DNA of 64,000 nucleotides from Lama guanicoe. Taxonomy: Eukaryota. The notes beneath the pieces are model-generated. The model searched no databases. It saw nothing but the letters and a program-made list of their open reading frames with translations, and was not told the origin of the DNA. Of this stretch, positions 1 to 13,464 are shown in pieces. Each line of letters starts with the position of its first letter. Within the stretch, counting starts at the first letter, position 1. The DNA lies in the NCBI GenBank assembly GCA_013239625.1, contig MU053758.1:62001-126000 (forward strand), read 5' to 3'. Position numbers and translations under genes: made by a program.

Positions 1-1168
1 GCTTATGGGGAGAGAGTGTCTTGGAACAAACAGGTTGTCCACTCAGAAATGTGGATGTTTGGGATTTTTGTCTCATTGAAATATGCAGTCATTCACAGTT
101 CAATATAGAGAACCACATTTTGGGAACTGGTAGTTAAGAATTCAGCTTTCTCTGCTCAGGTTGTTACTGACCAATTATTGGGCCACAGAGCAGATAGCCA
201 AGAATAATTTTGCTTGATGCTGAGGGATTTTTGCTCCTCACAAGCAGGTTGTTAAATTGCCACATGTACTGCAGTTGAGTCTTGAGTTAAAATTGTAGTG
301 TTATGTCACCAATAACTAACAGAAGCTTGTCAATATCATACGTGGATACGTGTTTGCATGTGTTCTTAAGGACCGTGCTTTTCCGCCCTTAAACTGAAGA
401 GTTGAGATGTATTGATTTTTTTTTCTCCTCTGTTTTACCTGTTATCTGGCATTTAATGAAAAAATCTTGCTGGAAAGTTGCAGATCCCTTGAGGGCAACA
501 AACACTATACTCAAAATGAAACTAGGTTACTGTTTCTGCAACATGCAGTGGTTTGTATCAAAAGCTGTTTTGGTCTTAACTTTGAAATTATCCCCCTTTC
601 TTTGAAGTGGTCATATTTTAATTTGGAGTGGTTTTAAATTTTAGAATTTCCTGAAGTGAACATTAAAATGTGTTAGCATGTTCTTATGTGGGTGTTGTAC
701 ATAAGTCTATAGAAAGCTTATGTCCAGTTAGCATATTTCTTCAGCAAAACCAAAGGGGAAAAATACTTCAGAATATACTAAACACTTGAGACTATATTAA
801 AGACTGAAAGTGTTTTAAAAGGGTATTCCAAATGATTTTAGGTAGCTATATTATAGATTTCCTTAGCTTTTAAAAAAACTGAAATTTTTTGGTTTAGTAC
901 TTTGTGTTTTAGTATTGGAATCGTCTTCGTAGTATAACCAAGAGAAAATTAGGCACTTTTCATTGGCTTTTTACAATGACTACTTATTGTAATATATAAT
1001 CTTTTTTCTTTTGGTTGATATGTTCTGCAATGAGGTAGAGCTTAAGATTGTGTATTTATCATACTTTTTCTTCTATATGTAATTTTTTAAAGCTTAGTGG
1101 ACTAACCTTCTACTATAATGAATTCCAAAGTGTTTTCTTGTAATGGAGTTTGGTGTGTGTGTGTGTGT

Positions 1169-1235
1169 NNNNNNNNNNNNNNNNNNNNNNNNNNNNNNNN
1201 NNNNNNNNNNNNNNNNNNNNNNNNNNNNNNNNNNN
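1169..1235. other. Assembly gap (67 N) flanked by a near-identical duplicated segment
   Basis: N run; 1088-1168 is repeated almost exactly from 1236 onward and both copies run into a (GT)n tract. Confidence 0.95.
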
Positions 1236-1298
1236 TAAAGCTTAGGGACTAACCTTCTACTATAATGAATTCCAAAGTGTTTTCTTGTAATGGAGTTT

Positions 1299-1299
<1 letters not shown>

Positions 1300-1335
<36 letters not shown>
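1300..1335. repeat. (GT)n microsatellite
   Basis: Perfect GT run of about 18 units. Confidence 0.95.
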
Positions 1336-1338
<3 letters not shown>

Positions 1339-1639
1339 GTAAAAGGTGTTCCTTCCCACCAGCATTTAAACACACTCAGGTCTGTCTCGTCTTTAAAAAC
1401 TGAACTCAGACTTGTTCTCCATTTGGAGTCCCATTCTAGCTTCCTCTCACAGGAGAGGCCAGTGGGTTGAGTAGACTCCACAGCTAATGAGTGGTAGCTC
1501 TGGAAGTCGGCCCAAGTCTGAGCCCTTAATCATTATACTACTTAACTCAGGACGGCTGATTTTCCAGGGAGAAGGAGGCTCTGGAAGGACAAGAGGGCCT
1601 TCATGTTGAGGAATTATTTGGCCACTAAATTTAGTAGTC

Positions 1640-2005
1640 ACTCTTCTGTGTCTTACTCAGTGTTACAGTAGCATTTGATATAGTTGACCAGTTCTTCTTT
1701 CTTGAAAAAAGTATTTTTTTTAATCTCTTGGCTTCTGTGCATTGCAGGTGAGTGTTTTTGTCTTATATCAGTGTTAATTTCTTCTCTCTTCTTTGTTGGC
1801 CTTTTCTCTTCTGCCCTTTGGGTGCCCTAAAGCTTTCTTTTCTCTATACTGTCTTCCTAGCCCTCAAATTTGAATTCTTTCCGTGTGCTGCTGTCTCCCA
1901 AATATATAGCTCCAGTCCTGACTTCTCCCTGATTGTCACACTCTTCTGTCCAGCTGACTACTTGACATCTCTGCTTAGATGTCTAATACGTATTTCAAAC
2001 ATGAC
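1640..2005 (+). mobile_element. Degraded L2 LINE fragment
   Basis: L2-like motifs gcatttgatatagttgacc and ccagctgactacttgacatctctgcttagatgtctaat; boundaries approximate. Confidence 0.55.
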
Positions 2006-2014
2006 TGTAGAAAT

Positions 2015-2420
2015 TAGGATGTCTTAGGCTTCAAATGATAGAAAATCCAATTCAAAATAATTTGAAAATAAGGAAAATTTATCAGAACAAGTAACAAGAT
2101 GTCTCAGTCTAGGATTGGTTTAAATCTGTTGTTTAGTGACATCATCAAATACCCACATTTTTTCCACCTTTCTGCTCTGCCACTTGGATGTGTCTACTTT
2201 GTCCTTTAGCCAACTCTCATCATGGATGCAAGATGGGTACCACGGTTCCAAGCATCATATCCAGACAAGACAATATCCAGCAAAAGGTGGTGGTTAGTGC
2301 TTTCTTATGCTTTTTAAGAGTTTTGGAATCTTAGAAGCCTTCCAGCTGACTTCCACTTAAGTCTCACTGTCCAAAACTTAATCATGGGCCCACCTCTAAA
2401 CCAATCACTTGCAATGGATA
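2015..2420 (-). mobile_element. MaLR solo LTR (MLT1J/K-like)
   Basis: MLT1-like motifs caagatgggtacca, catcatatccagac, gtctcactgtccaaaactt, ctaaaccaatcact. Confidence 0.6.
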
Positions 2421-4974
2421 TGTGGACATATAGATAATTTTTATACAGTATAGGATGAAATAAACATAATAAAACCAGGAGAAGTATAGTGGAAATACAC
2501 ACAGGAAAAGTGATGGAGCTGGGGAATTTCAGGAAGTGTAAGTGGTGTTTGAACTGAATATTGAGAGATTCGTGTGATTCAGTTGATAGGGAGAGAGATG
2601 AAAGCATTCTCGGCTGACGGGCAGGATACACAAGTGACTGGCATGAGAGTTACATGGCTTGCTCAGGGGACACTGAGTAGACAGACCCTAATAGGGTTTG
2701 TGGAAGGATGTGGAGGAAAATGAGGTTAGAAAGGTAACATGAGGGGTCTAATCTTGAAGGAGGTTTGGACTTAATTTTTTGGCAGTGCTTGTCGTTGTAA
2801 AGGAATTTTAGGAATATTTAGCAAAAAAAAAACAAAACCTTACCTATTCACTGTGCAAAAGATAGAACTAGATAAGGTCTCTGAATCTGATTGTGTTAAC
2901 AGTAATAAAAATATGTGCTTTTCCACGTATGTTCTCCTGTTAGATACAGGAATGGAAATTCAGATTGTCTGAATCATCTTTGATACTTTTTTTTTTCTTT
3001 ATCCTTCACATGTGAAGAGGAAAATCTGTTGATTTCACTTTTTGGCTCTCTGCCACTGTTAGTGATGCCCATCTCTCTCGCTCTCCAATCAAACCCCTCC
3101 ATTTTCTGTCCCTACTCTCCATTTATAACCTTACCACCGACTAACCCCCCGGGAAGATCCCTCTGGCTGCACCCGTGTCTTTACCTCTAAGTATGCTCTG
3201 CTTATTCACAATGACAGCCCTACTCACGTAGCCCTCTCCTCAGCCTGTCTTCTCAGTTCCTCTCTGCTTTTTCAGACCCCTCCATCCTTCAGGACCTGGC
3301 TCAGCTCTCATGCTCTTCACAGGGCCTTCCATAGCCTGTCCCTTCTACATCTTTCTTGCTCTTTTAAATAATTACATGGCACCTTTAAAAAATAACATTT
3401 GTTTCATTTGCAAATGGTAGCTTATTTTTTGTGTATAATTCTTGCTCCCCAAACAGGTTTGAAGCTTGTGAAGATTGGGGCCAATATAATCAGTATTTGA
3501 GGGAATAAATAAATATCTTCTCCTTATGTTAGTGTCAAAGCTTGTTAATGAAGAGTAGAGTGCAGGAATTGGACAGAAAACACTTAGTGTGTAAGCTTTT
3601 TTGATCTATGAACTTCGCCTTTATAATCAGGAAAAAACAAAAGCTGTTTCTCTCTTTGGAGAAGAAAGACCTGGACATTCATAAATAAACCGCATGTTTA
3701 AGTAGCAGCAGTTTTAGTAAACAGAGTCCCATCACTTCCAAGACTGTGATAGATGAGTTAGCCTTAACTCAGTGTGGTTAGGGTTACCACCCGGACCCCG
3801 GTATCAACCTCTTCTTTATGTTCAGCTGTACATCCCGAGAGAGGGAGGAGCCATTGGCTCAGTTTGCCAACATCCGGCATAGAACGCCCCTGTTGGGTAG
3901 AGTTCTCTCCACCACCTACAGAGTAGTTGGGTACTTTTGCCTTTAATTTTGACACAGTTGTGGCATTGCTGCCTGGTTTTGTTTCACTGAACCTACAACT
4001 TATTTTTTTTAAAGGACCATTAAAAAAAAAAGGGAGATAGCAGTGGATATGGCAGGTATCTGAGGCTTCATAGATTTCTTCTACATCCAGTTCAGCTTAT
4101 TAAGTGCCTTATGACTGAGGCAGAGGAATGAGTAGAATCATCCAAGGAATCGTGTTAAGTGTGGTCATGTCTCTCTGAGAAAGTCTTGTGGACCCAGTGT
4201 TGTTTTTGGAAAAAGTTACTGATACTTAAGTTTAGGCTATGGGCTCAGTCCCATTTAGTGTCCATACTCATTTGGAGATTGTAGGTGATACATTCCCTTA
4301 ACCCAGGTGTCCCCGACCTGAGATTAACAAGCTCATTTTAGTGTTCAGAAAGTCAAATAGGAATTCTGGTAAAAGCTAGACATTCTAACCAAAAAGTTAT
4401 GATAGGCCGCTTCTTTGTATTTGGCTAGTAAAGAATAAAAAAAAATGACCTAAATGTAAATTCTTACACAACTTTTAAAAACAGTACTCCATGGGAACAT
4501 GGCGGGGGCGTGGGGAGAGGGGAGTGTACAATAGCCCTTAATGTTGAAAAGGCTGGAAATACTGTGTGACAGGAGGTAACTAGATGAACTAGGCAAGAGA
4601 ATGAAAATAAATAATCAGCACAAACAGTAAATGTCCGTGGTGGAAGGGAATCCCCTAATTGTACAGTAAAGAAAACTGGGAGTTTAAAAGGTAAAATAAC
4701 TTGCTAAGCAGTATGGAAGAGCCCCAGATAGAGCCGGCCTAGATCCACTGACTCTCAGCACTGTGGATGGTTGTAAAATTTCCAGTCAGTCTCACTGCAT
4801 CACTGCTGTTAGAGCCCAGTTCATCACTTACGACCTAACCAGTAAATCAGTAGTGTCATTTTAATATAAAGTACCTGATTTTCAGATAATCTTTTATTTC
4901 ATATTGTCTTTGGACTACTAGTGTCCAGGTAGCCTATCTCATTTAATTTATTTACATATTTATTTATTTATACT

Positions 4975-5985
4975 GGTCATCTACCATATAATTCACCATT
5001 TTAAAGTGTACAACTCAGTGTTTTTTAGTATGTTCGGAAGGTTGTGCAACCGTCACTAGTATGTTTCTGAAACATTTTCAGCAGCCTGAAAAGAAACATG
5101 GAACCTGTTAGCAGTCACTCCCTGCTCTTCCCTAATCCTAGATCCTCTCAACCACTAATTTATTTTGTCTCCAGGGATTTGCTTATTGTGACCTTTTCAT
5201 ATAAAAGGAATCATACAGTGTATAGACTTTTGAGTCTGGCTTCTTTCACTTAGCATAATGTTTTCAGGATTCATCCATATTGTACAACGCATCAGTACTT
5301 CATTCTTTTTTATGACCCGATAGTGTTCTGTTGTGTGGATATACATTTTATGTATACATTCATTACCAGTTGATGTATATTTGGATTGCTTCCCCTTTTT
5401 GGCTGTTCTGAACAATGCTTCTATGAACATTTGTGTACAGGTTTTTGTATGACCATATATTTTCAGTTCTCTTGAGTACATACCTAGGAGTGGAACGCTG
5501 GGTCATATGGTAACTCTGTTTGACGTTTTGAGGAAGCATTTTCAAAAATGGCAGTTTATATTCCCATCAATAATGTATGAAGCTTCCAATTTCTCCACAT
5601 CCTGGCAAACACTTGCTTCTTTCCAGTTTTTATTATAACCATCCTGTAGGTGTGAAGTGGTACCTTACTGTGGTTTTGATTTGCTTTTTTCAAATGGCTA
5701 AAGATATTGAGCATCCTTTTCTGTACATATTGGCCATTTGTGTATCTTCTTTGGAGAAATGTTTATTCAAGTGCTTTGCCCATTTAAAAATTAGGTTGTC
5801 TTTTTATTGTTGAGTTGTAAGAGTTCTTTATATATTCTGAATACTAGACCTTTATTGGATCTATGATTTGCAAATACTTTTTCCCCATTCTGTGGGTTAT
5901 CTCTTTACTTTCCAGATAGTGTTCTTTGACACACGCAAGTTTTTTATTTTGATAAAGTTCAATTTATATTCTTACTTTAGTAGCT
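4975..5985 (-). mobile_element. Old L1 (L1M-type) 3' fragment, ORF2 end plus 3'UTR
   Basis: Reverse-strand L1 motifs (ttcaccattttaaagtgtaca, ggcttctttcacttagcataatg, ttggccatttgtgtatcttctttggagaaatg); - strand ORF 5197-5481 resembles decayed L1 ORF2 C-terminus (KTCTQMFIEALF). Confidence 0.85.
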
Positions 5986-8900
5986 TGTAGCCTGTTTCAT
6001 TTTTTAAACTTTCCCCATGGTGATACAGCAACTAGTAACACATAATGTTGTCCATCTAGGTCCATGGTCACCATTGCTGAAACCCTGATATTAACACAGC
6101 TTATGAGAAGGATGTAGTCACCAAAATGGCTCTATCAGTCTAAGTATAAGCACCTCAAGTGCAATGTGTAATCTTTTGAAGAACTTATTTTTGAGGGAAG
6201 GAATAAAGTGGATTTTATTTTGGTAATCAAAAAAAAACCCAAAAAACTTTCCCTTCCCCATCTTTTCCTTTGTTTCATCTTCACTACATCATATTCACTA
6301 GAAAAAATACATGCAACAAACTCTAAAATTACATAAATCTCTGCTCTGCTATCCGTAATCTGTAAATTCTTTAGGGATGATCCTCTCAAATAGGAAGAAG
6401 AAAGGAGCCAGCACTGAAAACCCTCTGTGTGCTGGGAACTTTCCCTCTGTTATCAGATTAAATAGCCGAGGGTACTGTTATTCTGGTTTTACAGGGAAAC
6501 ACATTGAGATCAAATGAGATTAATTGACTTGTCCGAGGTCAAACATCTGGTTAAGTAGCATATTGGGGTTCCCACTTGGATCTTTTATTCTACATTTAAT
6601 GATGTTACTCAACACTGTTTTTTCATTCAACTGTGAATTCATTCATGACCATAGATACGTTAGAGGGATTGGGAGGAAAAGGGGTAGGAAGAAGAGCAAA
6701 GGAGGTAGAGAAAATTTTAATTTACAAACCTAACCTAAGTGTATATTACGAATACAGAAAAGTAAAATCTGCTACATGGCAGGAGTTCTTAGACTGGGGC
6801 TTTGGGGTCCCTGTGGGATGCATGGATGGGTTTCCAGAAATGGGCAGACTCCTTGAAATTGCATGTAAAATTTTGTGTGTTCATTTTTGGGGGAGAGAGG
6901 ATTTGTAGTTTTCCAAAGATTCTTAAAAATTTAAGAGTTACAATTACTGCTAAGGAGAGGAACATACAGACTTAGGGGAATGAAAAGACAGGTTGTATGT
7001 TAGCAGTTTGTCTTTTTCCATTGGACATGTTTGGGTATGTCATGGTTTGGGTAAACCTTCCCATCTGGTTTCAAATATTTTTGTTTTAGATTATTTGTTT
7101 ATACTTGGTTTAAGACCAGCTCAGTTAAACTTTTTCTCTAAGTTTTAAGTTTTGAAGCGTCAGAATTATTTAGTGAGAAAAGAGTAATAGTCCTTTGTCT
7201 CTTGGTAGGTCAAATATATAAATTAAATTCCAACATTTCCTGATGTTCACACAGCTAAAATACTTGCAATTTTTATTTTTGTAAAATATAGGAATATAAT
7301 GAGGGCGTTTCTCAGTTATTTTCATTTTCTAAATGAGTTTTTAATTCAGATTCACAATGATCTAGTCAAATTGATATGTATATAGGCCTCTAATAACGGC
7401 TAACATTATAGGTAGTCACGATGTGAACATCTATACCTGCTAAGTGTATCTCAGTTCTAATTTAAGGTGTTACCTTTAGGAGTTTAAGAAAAAGATTCAC
7501 AAGGCCTTTTAAGTCTCTAATTTTTCTTAGTAAAGCTAATAGGCAGGATATCACCTAATAATGATCAAGGTACTCACAATGACAGCCATTTTGAAAATGG
7601 ACTAGTGCCTTAGATAATTGCATACCAGAAAACAACCTTTGGTCAAAGCTGGAAAAGGCTGTCTGAGATTATCTTGTCCATATGCTCTTATGATTGTTTT
7701 TAAGGGCACTGAATTTTTTTATACTGTCCCGTACCTTTTATTTAATTTATATTTGGGTTTAATAATGTATAACATAGTATATATTATTTAATAATATATT
7801 TAAATATCTTTTTATAGTTAACGCAAACAGTTGTACCTCATTTTTTTCATTTTTCCATTTTATTAGGTAGAATTTTTACAATTTGACTGCACATATACAA
7901 TATATTGCATGTAAATACATATACACAATATACTGCACATATTTTTAAAATTTACTTATATGTACTGTTCACTGTTTCCAAGAACAGTTTAAAGCTTTAG
8001 CTTTTTTTTTAGAGCTTTAGCTTTATAAACTTGCATAGTTATCAAAGGTATAAAGCCAACTACAAAATAAGAATCAAGAGGATGCAGTAATCCAGTCATA
8101 AAGGACAGTCAAATGTTAAGGGCACTGAGTTTTATGTAAGTGTTCATATATCCAGGACTTTGTCGGAGTTTAATGGAAAAGATAACAGTAATACAAGACT
8201 CTTACGCTTCTTTTTAAAATGACTTCTTTGTTTAAATTATATATTTTCCTGTCTGTAGGTGATCTTTGTGAATTGAATTGAAATAATGGAAAGATGTCTT
8301 GAAAATACAATGCGATCACCCAGGTCCTGCAGCATAGCCTACTTAGTGTTTGATTTCTTCTTTGGCCCTAGGGGGTTATTGGTGAAAGTTCAGGTTGCTT
8401 AAGCTGACTGTGTGATGAATAACGCACATTAGTTTTTATTGTCTTATATGGAAATGTGGAAACTGTTGCTGCTTGAAGGTAATTATTGAGGAAACACAAT
8501 GGCATCTTATTTAAATGCATATGTAAAAAGCTACAATGAAATTTTATTTTTAAAAAAGCTTTGTCAAAAATTGGAGGTGACGGGCATTTCTTAGTTTTAT
8601 TTCTTACATATAATGGATTAAATGGACTGCTTAAAAATAATTACTTGACATAGTAAATTTTGTTAGATGAAATTGTATTGAAGTTAGTTATATTTTTCAA
8701 CTATATACAATAGAGGCATCTGAGAAGACTTTATGATGTTTACCTAAAACATGGCCCAGTGAGGTATGTCATTTAAAGTTTTCTTTGTTGCAAAGTTGAC
8801 TTATTATACATGTTGGCGTTGGTAGCTTTTCTAGTGCATCTGAGGTCAATTTTGTGAGCACCTTTGGAAATGAAGGACATTTTTAAGTATGTTGCTGATC

Positions 8901-9364
8901 CTGTGAACACATTGATAACTGTGGCTTCTACAATGTCTAACACACAGTAGGCACTTAATTCATGTTTAACAAATGTATAATAAATTTGCTTTATATAGTC
9001 TATAAAGCATCATATAAATGCATATTATTATCACTACCATATGTGTTTTATAGATTGGAGAATAGAATTTATCAAGCTTTTCAGTTTTGCAGTTTGTTTT
9101 CTTGGCTCCCACTTTTCTGATTGGGAGACTGAGGCATAGATTGGTAAAATTTAAGGGTTGACAGTATCAAAATTTAGGTTAAAAATGAACCCTATTTATT
9201 GGTCCCATCATTAAGCCTGTTTAGTCATTCGTTCTTTACCATAATAATAATGGCTTATTTTATATAAAAGAACAAGATTGGAGGGGTCTAAATGATTCTT
9301 ACTATACTTATTAAAATTGTAATTTAATATAGCAGTTTGGACCTGTAGTATACACCACAGCATA

Positions 9365-9675
9365 AAGTCATCCTGTAGTATCCATGGGGTTTGATTCTGG
9401 GACCCCCGTGATACCAAAATCCGAGGATTCTCCCTTATATAAAATGATATAGTATTTGCATATAACCTATGCACATCCTCCCATACGTATACTTTAAAAT
9501 CATTATGTTACTTGTATTAGGTATATACAAGGTGAATGCTATGTAAATAGTTGCCTGAGTACAGCAAATTCAAGTTTTGCTTTTTGGCACTTTCTGGAAT
9601 GAAAAAAATAGAGTTTTGAACTGAAGTTGGTTGAATCTGCAGATGCAAAACTGGTGGATAGGGAGGGCCAACTGA
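9365..9675. mobile_element. MER2-like Tigger-family DNA transposon
   Basis: gtatccatgggg...gacccccgtgataccaaaatcc, gtatttgcatataacctatgcacatcctccca, gttggttgaatctgcagatgc. Confidence 0.7.
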
Positions 9676-9699
9676 ATACTGAAAGGTTTTTTACTCTTT

Positions 9700-10775
9700 G
9701 AGATATGATTAACATACAGAGCTGTGGAAGTTTAAGGTGTACAGAATAATAATTTGACTTACATATATCATGAAATGATTACAGTAAGTTTAGTGAACAA
9801 CTGTCATCTTATATAGTTACAAAATTAAAGAAATAGTGATGAGAACTCATAAGATTTCTCTTAACTTTTATATGTAACATAAACATACAAAAGTGTTAAT
9901 TATATTAATCATGTTGTACATTACATCCCTAGTACTTATTTATCTTATAACCAGAAGTTTTTACCTTTTGACCACATTTAATCTAATTCCTCCTCTCTCC
10001 ACTCCCCACCTCTAGTAACTACAAATCTGAGCTCTTTTTCTATGAGTTCATTTGCTTTTGAGTATAATAGACCTGCAACGCTATGTTAGTTCCTGGTACA
10101 CAGCATAGTGATTCGATATTTCTATACATTTCAAAATGATCACCATGATAAATCTAGTTATGATATGTCACCATACAAAGATATGACATAGTTATTGACT
10201 GTATTTCCCCACACTGTATATTTCATGCCCGTGACTCTATTTTGTAACTGGAAGTTTGTACCTCTTAATCTCCCTTAACCTATTTCCTCCCCTTCATTCT
10301 CCTCCCCTCTGGCAACCACCTATTTGTTCTCTGTAACTATGACTCTGTTTCTGTTTTTTATGTTTGTTCGTTTTGTGTTTTAGATTCCATGTATAAGTGA
10401 AATCGTACAGTATCTGTCTTTCTGTATCTGACTTATTTCATTTAGCATATATAATATCCTTGGTGAATCCACGTTGTCCCAAAAATGGCAAGATCTCTTT
10501 CTTTTTCATGGTGGAGTAATATTCCTCTGTGTGTGTGTGTGTGTGAGTGTGTGTGTACACTGGATCTTCTTTATCCATTTATCTATTGATAGGCCCTTAG
10601 GTTGCTTCCATATCTTGGCTATGGTAAATACTGCTGCAATGAACATAGAAGCACATGTATCTTTTTGAATTAGTGTTTCCATTTTCTTTGGATAAATACC
10701 CAGGAGTGGAACTGCTAGATCAAATGGTAATTCTATTTTTAATTTTTTGGAGAATCTCCATACTGTTTCCCATAG
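9700..10775 (-). mobile_element. L1 3' fragment (L1MA-like) with internal (TG)n
   Basis: gttttagattccatgtataagtgaaatc, gacttatttcatttagcat, gttgcttccatatcttggctat, ggataaatacccaggagtgg. Confidence 0.85.
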
Positions 10776-10943
10776 TGACTACTCTTATTTTTAAGGAGAA
10801 GAAAGGACATGATGAGATTTCATTTATTTCAGGCAAGTAGAACCTACTATATTAAGAAAAAAATAAAGCTTTTAGTGTGGACATGAGTCTTAAATTCACT
10901 TTAATTACTAGGTAGGGAAATTAAGTTATTATTAAAGAACACA

Positions 10944-11035
10944 TTTTTTTTTTCCCTAAGAGAGGCACTGGCAATTGAACCCAGGATCTTATGCGCACAC
11001 CAAGCATGTGCTCTACCACTGAGCTGTATCCCCTA
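10944..11035 (-). mobile_element. tRNA-Ala-derived SINE (Vic-1-like)
   Basis: Reverse complement reads gggatacagctcagtggtagagcacatgcttgg...ctgggttcaatt followed by poly-A. Confidence 0.8.
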
Positions 11036-13464
11036 CCCCAAGGAACACACTCTTATTTAAAAAAAGGTTTTTGAATTATAACTTGGATATTTAAAATGTT
11101 ATTGTAGTCAGAACTATAGGATTTAGTATAAAATAGTTTGTCCTTTCATTTTGTTTTTATCCTAATTCCTGATGTTATCTTATTTTCCTACTACTTTTTT
11201 CTACTTCAATTGCATTGCTTATTTTAAACTTATTCTATCTTGCTTAATTGTAAATTTATATATATATGTTATATTTATGTTTCAAAGATATGATTAAATA
11301 TAAGTCTACAGTTGTTTTCTGTCACACAATTTGACTCCTAAAACACAACTCTAATCATATCAGTTCCTTCTTTAAAAACCTTTGACGCTCTTATCTTGTC
11401 ACCCATATTAACTACAGGCTTTTCAGCCCCGGCTTCAAGGTTGGCCACAATATAGCAGTAATTCACCTCTTTTGCCATCTCTCCCTATATTCTATATATA
11501 GCCCTATATTCTAGCAAAACTAAACAACTTACATTGTTTCTTATTCAGGAATACACCTCCCTATTATGCCATTCTAATTTTCCTTTACTAGAAATGACTT
11601 TCTGCCTTCATTTCTGCCAATCTAAAACCTGCCTTAAGTATTCTGGAAATGTATTATCCTTCACAAAACTTTTCCTGATTTCCCAACCTGGATGCAATTT
11701 CTCTTTCAAACTTTCAGATTTCTACTTTTTTTCCCCCAACTCATATTAAGCATATAGTAGTTGTTAAATAATTACTTGGCCATCCAAAGACTGATTAAAG
11801 AGATTAGTTATTATTTGGCAGATGTGTCACTAACACACTTTCCTAATGAGAAGGAAGTACTTAGCTTTCTGCCACGTACGTTGAATAAAGTATCAGATTC
11901 TTGGTATCACAGACCCAAGTGTCATCCTGTCCATTCATCCTAGTGGATCACTTTTTGGGGGAAGAACTTTGCTGATAGGCCTTTATCTTTCCCTCCTTGT
12001 TTCTTTCCATTTCTGGGTGGTTTTAGTTTTGGCCTGTTACCCATAGGTAGTTATACCCTTTGGAAACTTCTCCATTCAGCAGAACCAGCGTCTGGCAGTG
12101 CTTGGGTAGTTTGAGCTTTGGAAACAGGCTGGGGGCTGTGCTCCTGAAGGAGGTGGAGTAAGCAGAGGTAGTAGATTGATATGCCTTATAAGGTTGCCCT
12201 TTCAACTTGGAAAGATTGGTGCCAAATAGAATCTTTTTAACATAGAAGAAGGATGCATAGGTACATGTTTTAATAGGAAAAAATCTGTTGAATTTATCAA
12301 AATTGAGTGTTAAAACTTTTCAGGGAACAAAAGTAATTGTTTTCCTTTTAAAACTAAATAAACACTCTTGAAGACTGTGTGCACTTATTTTGTAGTCCAC
12401 ATTGAAAAAAAACACATCCTGGAACCTATACCTTACTATCTGTATATATGCTGTCATATTTTCTAACTTTTCCTTAAAATTGTACTTTGTTCCCAGTAGC
12501 TGGTCAAGCTTTTAGCGTACCAGGACTGATTGCTTCTCAATTTGTATGCTTCCTAACATACACACCACATTTTTTCTCAAGTTTAGTTTACATTAATTAT
12601 AGCAAGACACTAAGGAATGACCCACTTTATAAAGTGATCTTTAGGAACAGATCAACTTGTGTTTTTTTTTAACATTTTTTTATTGAGTTATAGAAACGTG
12701 TTATTTTAATACCATAAAGAGATGAATTTAAGCAGCTTTAAATATCAGTGAGGGTTATTTCTTTTTTGTGATTGTTCCCTTGGGACTGGTGAGGGTTATT
12801 TTTTATTTGCTGCTTCTGTCTACCTGCACGTTCTTAGAGCTCAGTATATTCACTTAGAGAGTCTTCTGAAAAGCTAAGTTAAGATGGTCTGTAATGAGTA
12901 AATTAGAACTAAGGAAACACATTAAGACTTGGATAATGGAACATGGAAGGTGCTCATTTCCCTGACGTGGTTTTGGTTTTGTAAAGGTTACTCTATTGTA
13001 CCCTTAGGAGATATTTTAAGTTGTCTGGAAAGAGACTCAAGGAAGATTATCACGAAAACTCAGACAAGGGAAAAGGTGCCAAAATTAAATGAAGAAAGTA
13101 AAATGTAGGCAGGAAGCCCATGTGTGTTTCAAAGTGAACAATTAAACTGCATCTCCTATTGTGACAGTGTGATTTATTGATGTTTTGGTGAGCTTTCCTG
13201 ATTTTAATAGTGGTGAGTTTATATTGGAATCCATATATGTGCACATCATTTAAAACAGAATAAAGCACTTTAATTCTAATTTTTAAAGAAATAATAGTCT
13301 TGTTTTCTAACTTATTAAGTAGAGAATTCCCCTGTGAATTGAGCCCTTTGTCTTTCTGATTTCTTAACTTTCTGCCTAGTAATTCTACTGTCTCTGCTGC
13401 TGTCTAGCTTAAAACTGAGACAGTGTGTGTGTGTAATATGTATACACGTGCATATTCATAAAAA

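Noticed and set aside
1088..1335. Apparent 80-bp tandem duplication around the N run
   Set aside because: Both copies abut a gap and a (GT)n tract, typical of unmerged contig overlap rather than real duplication.
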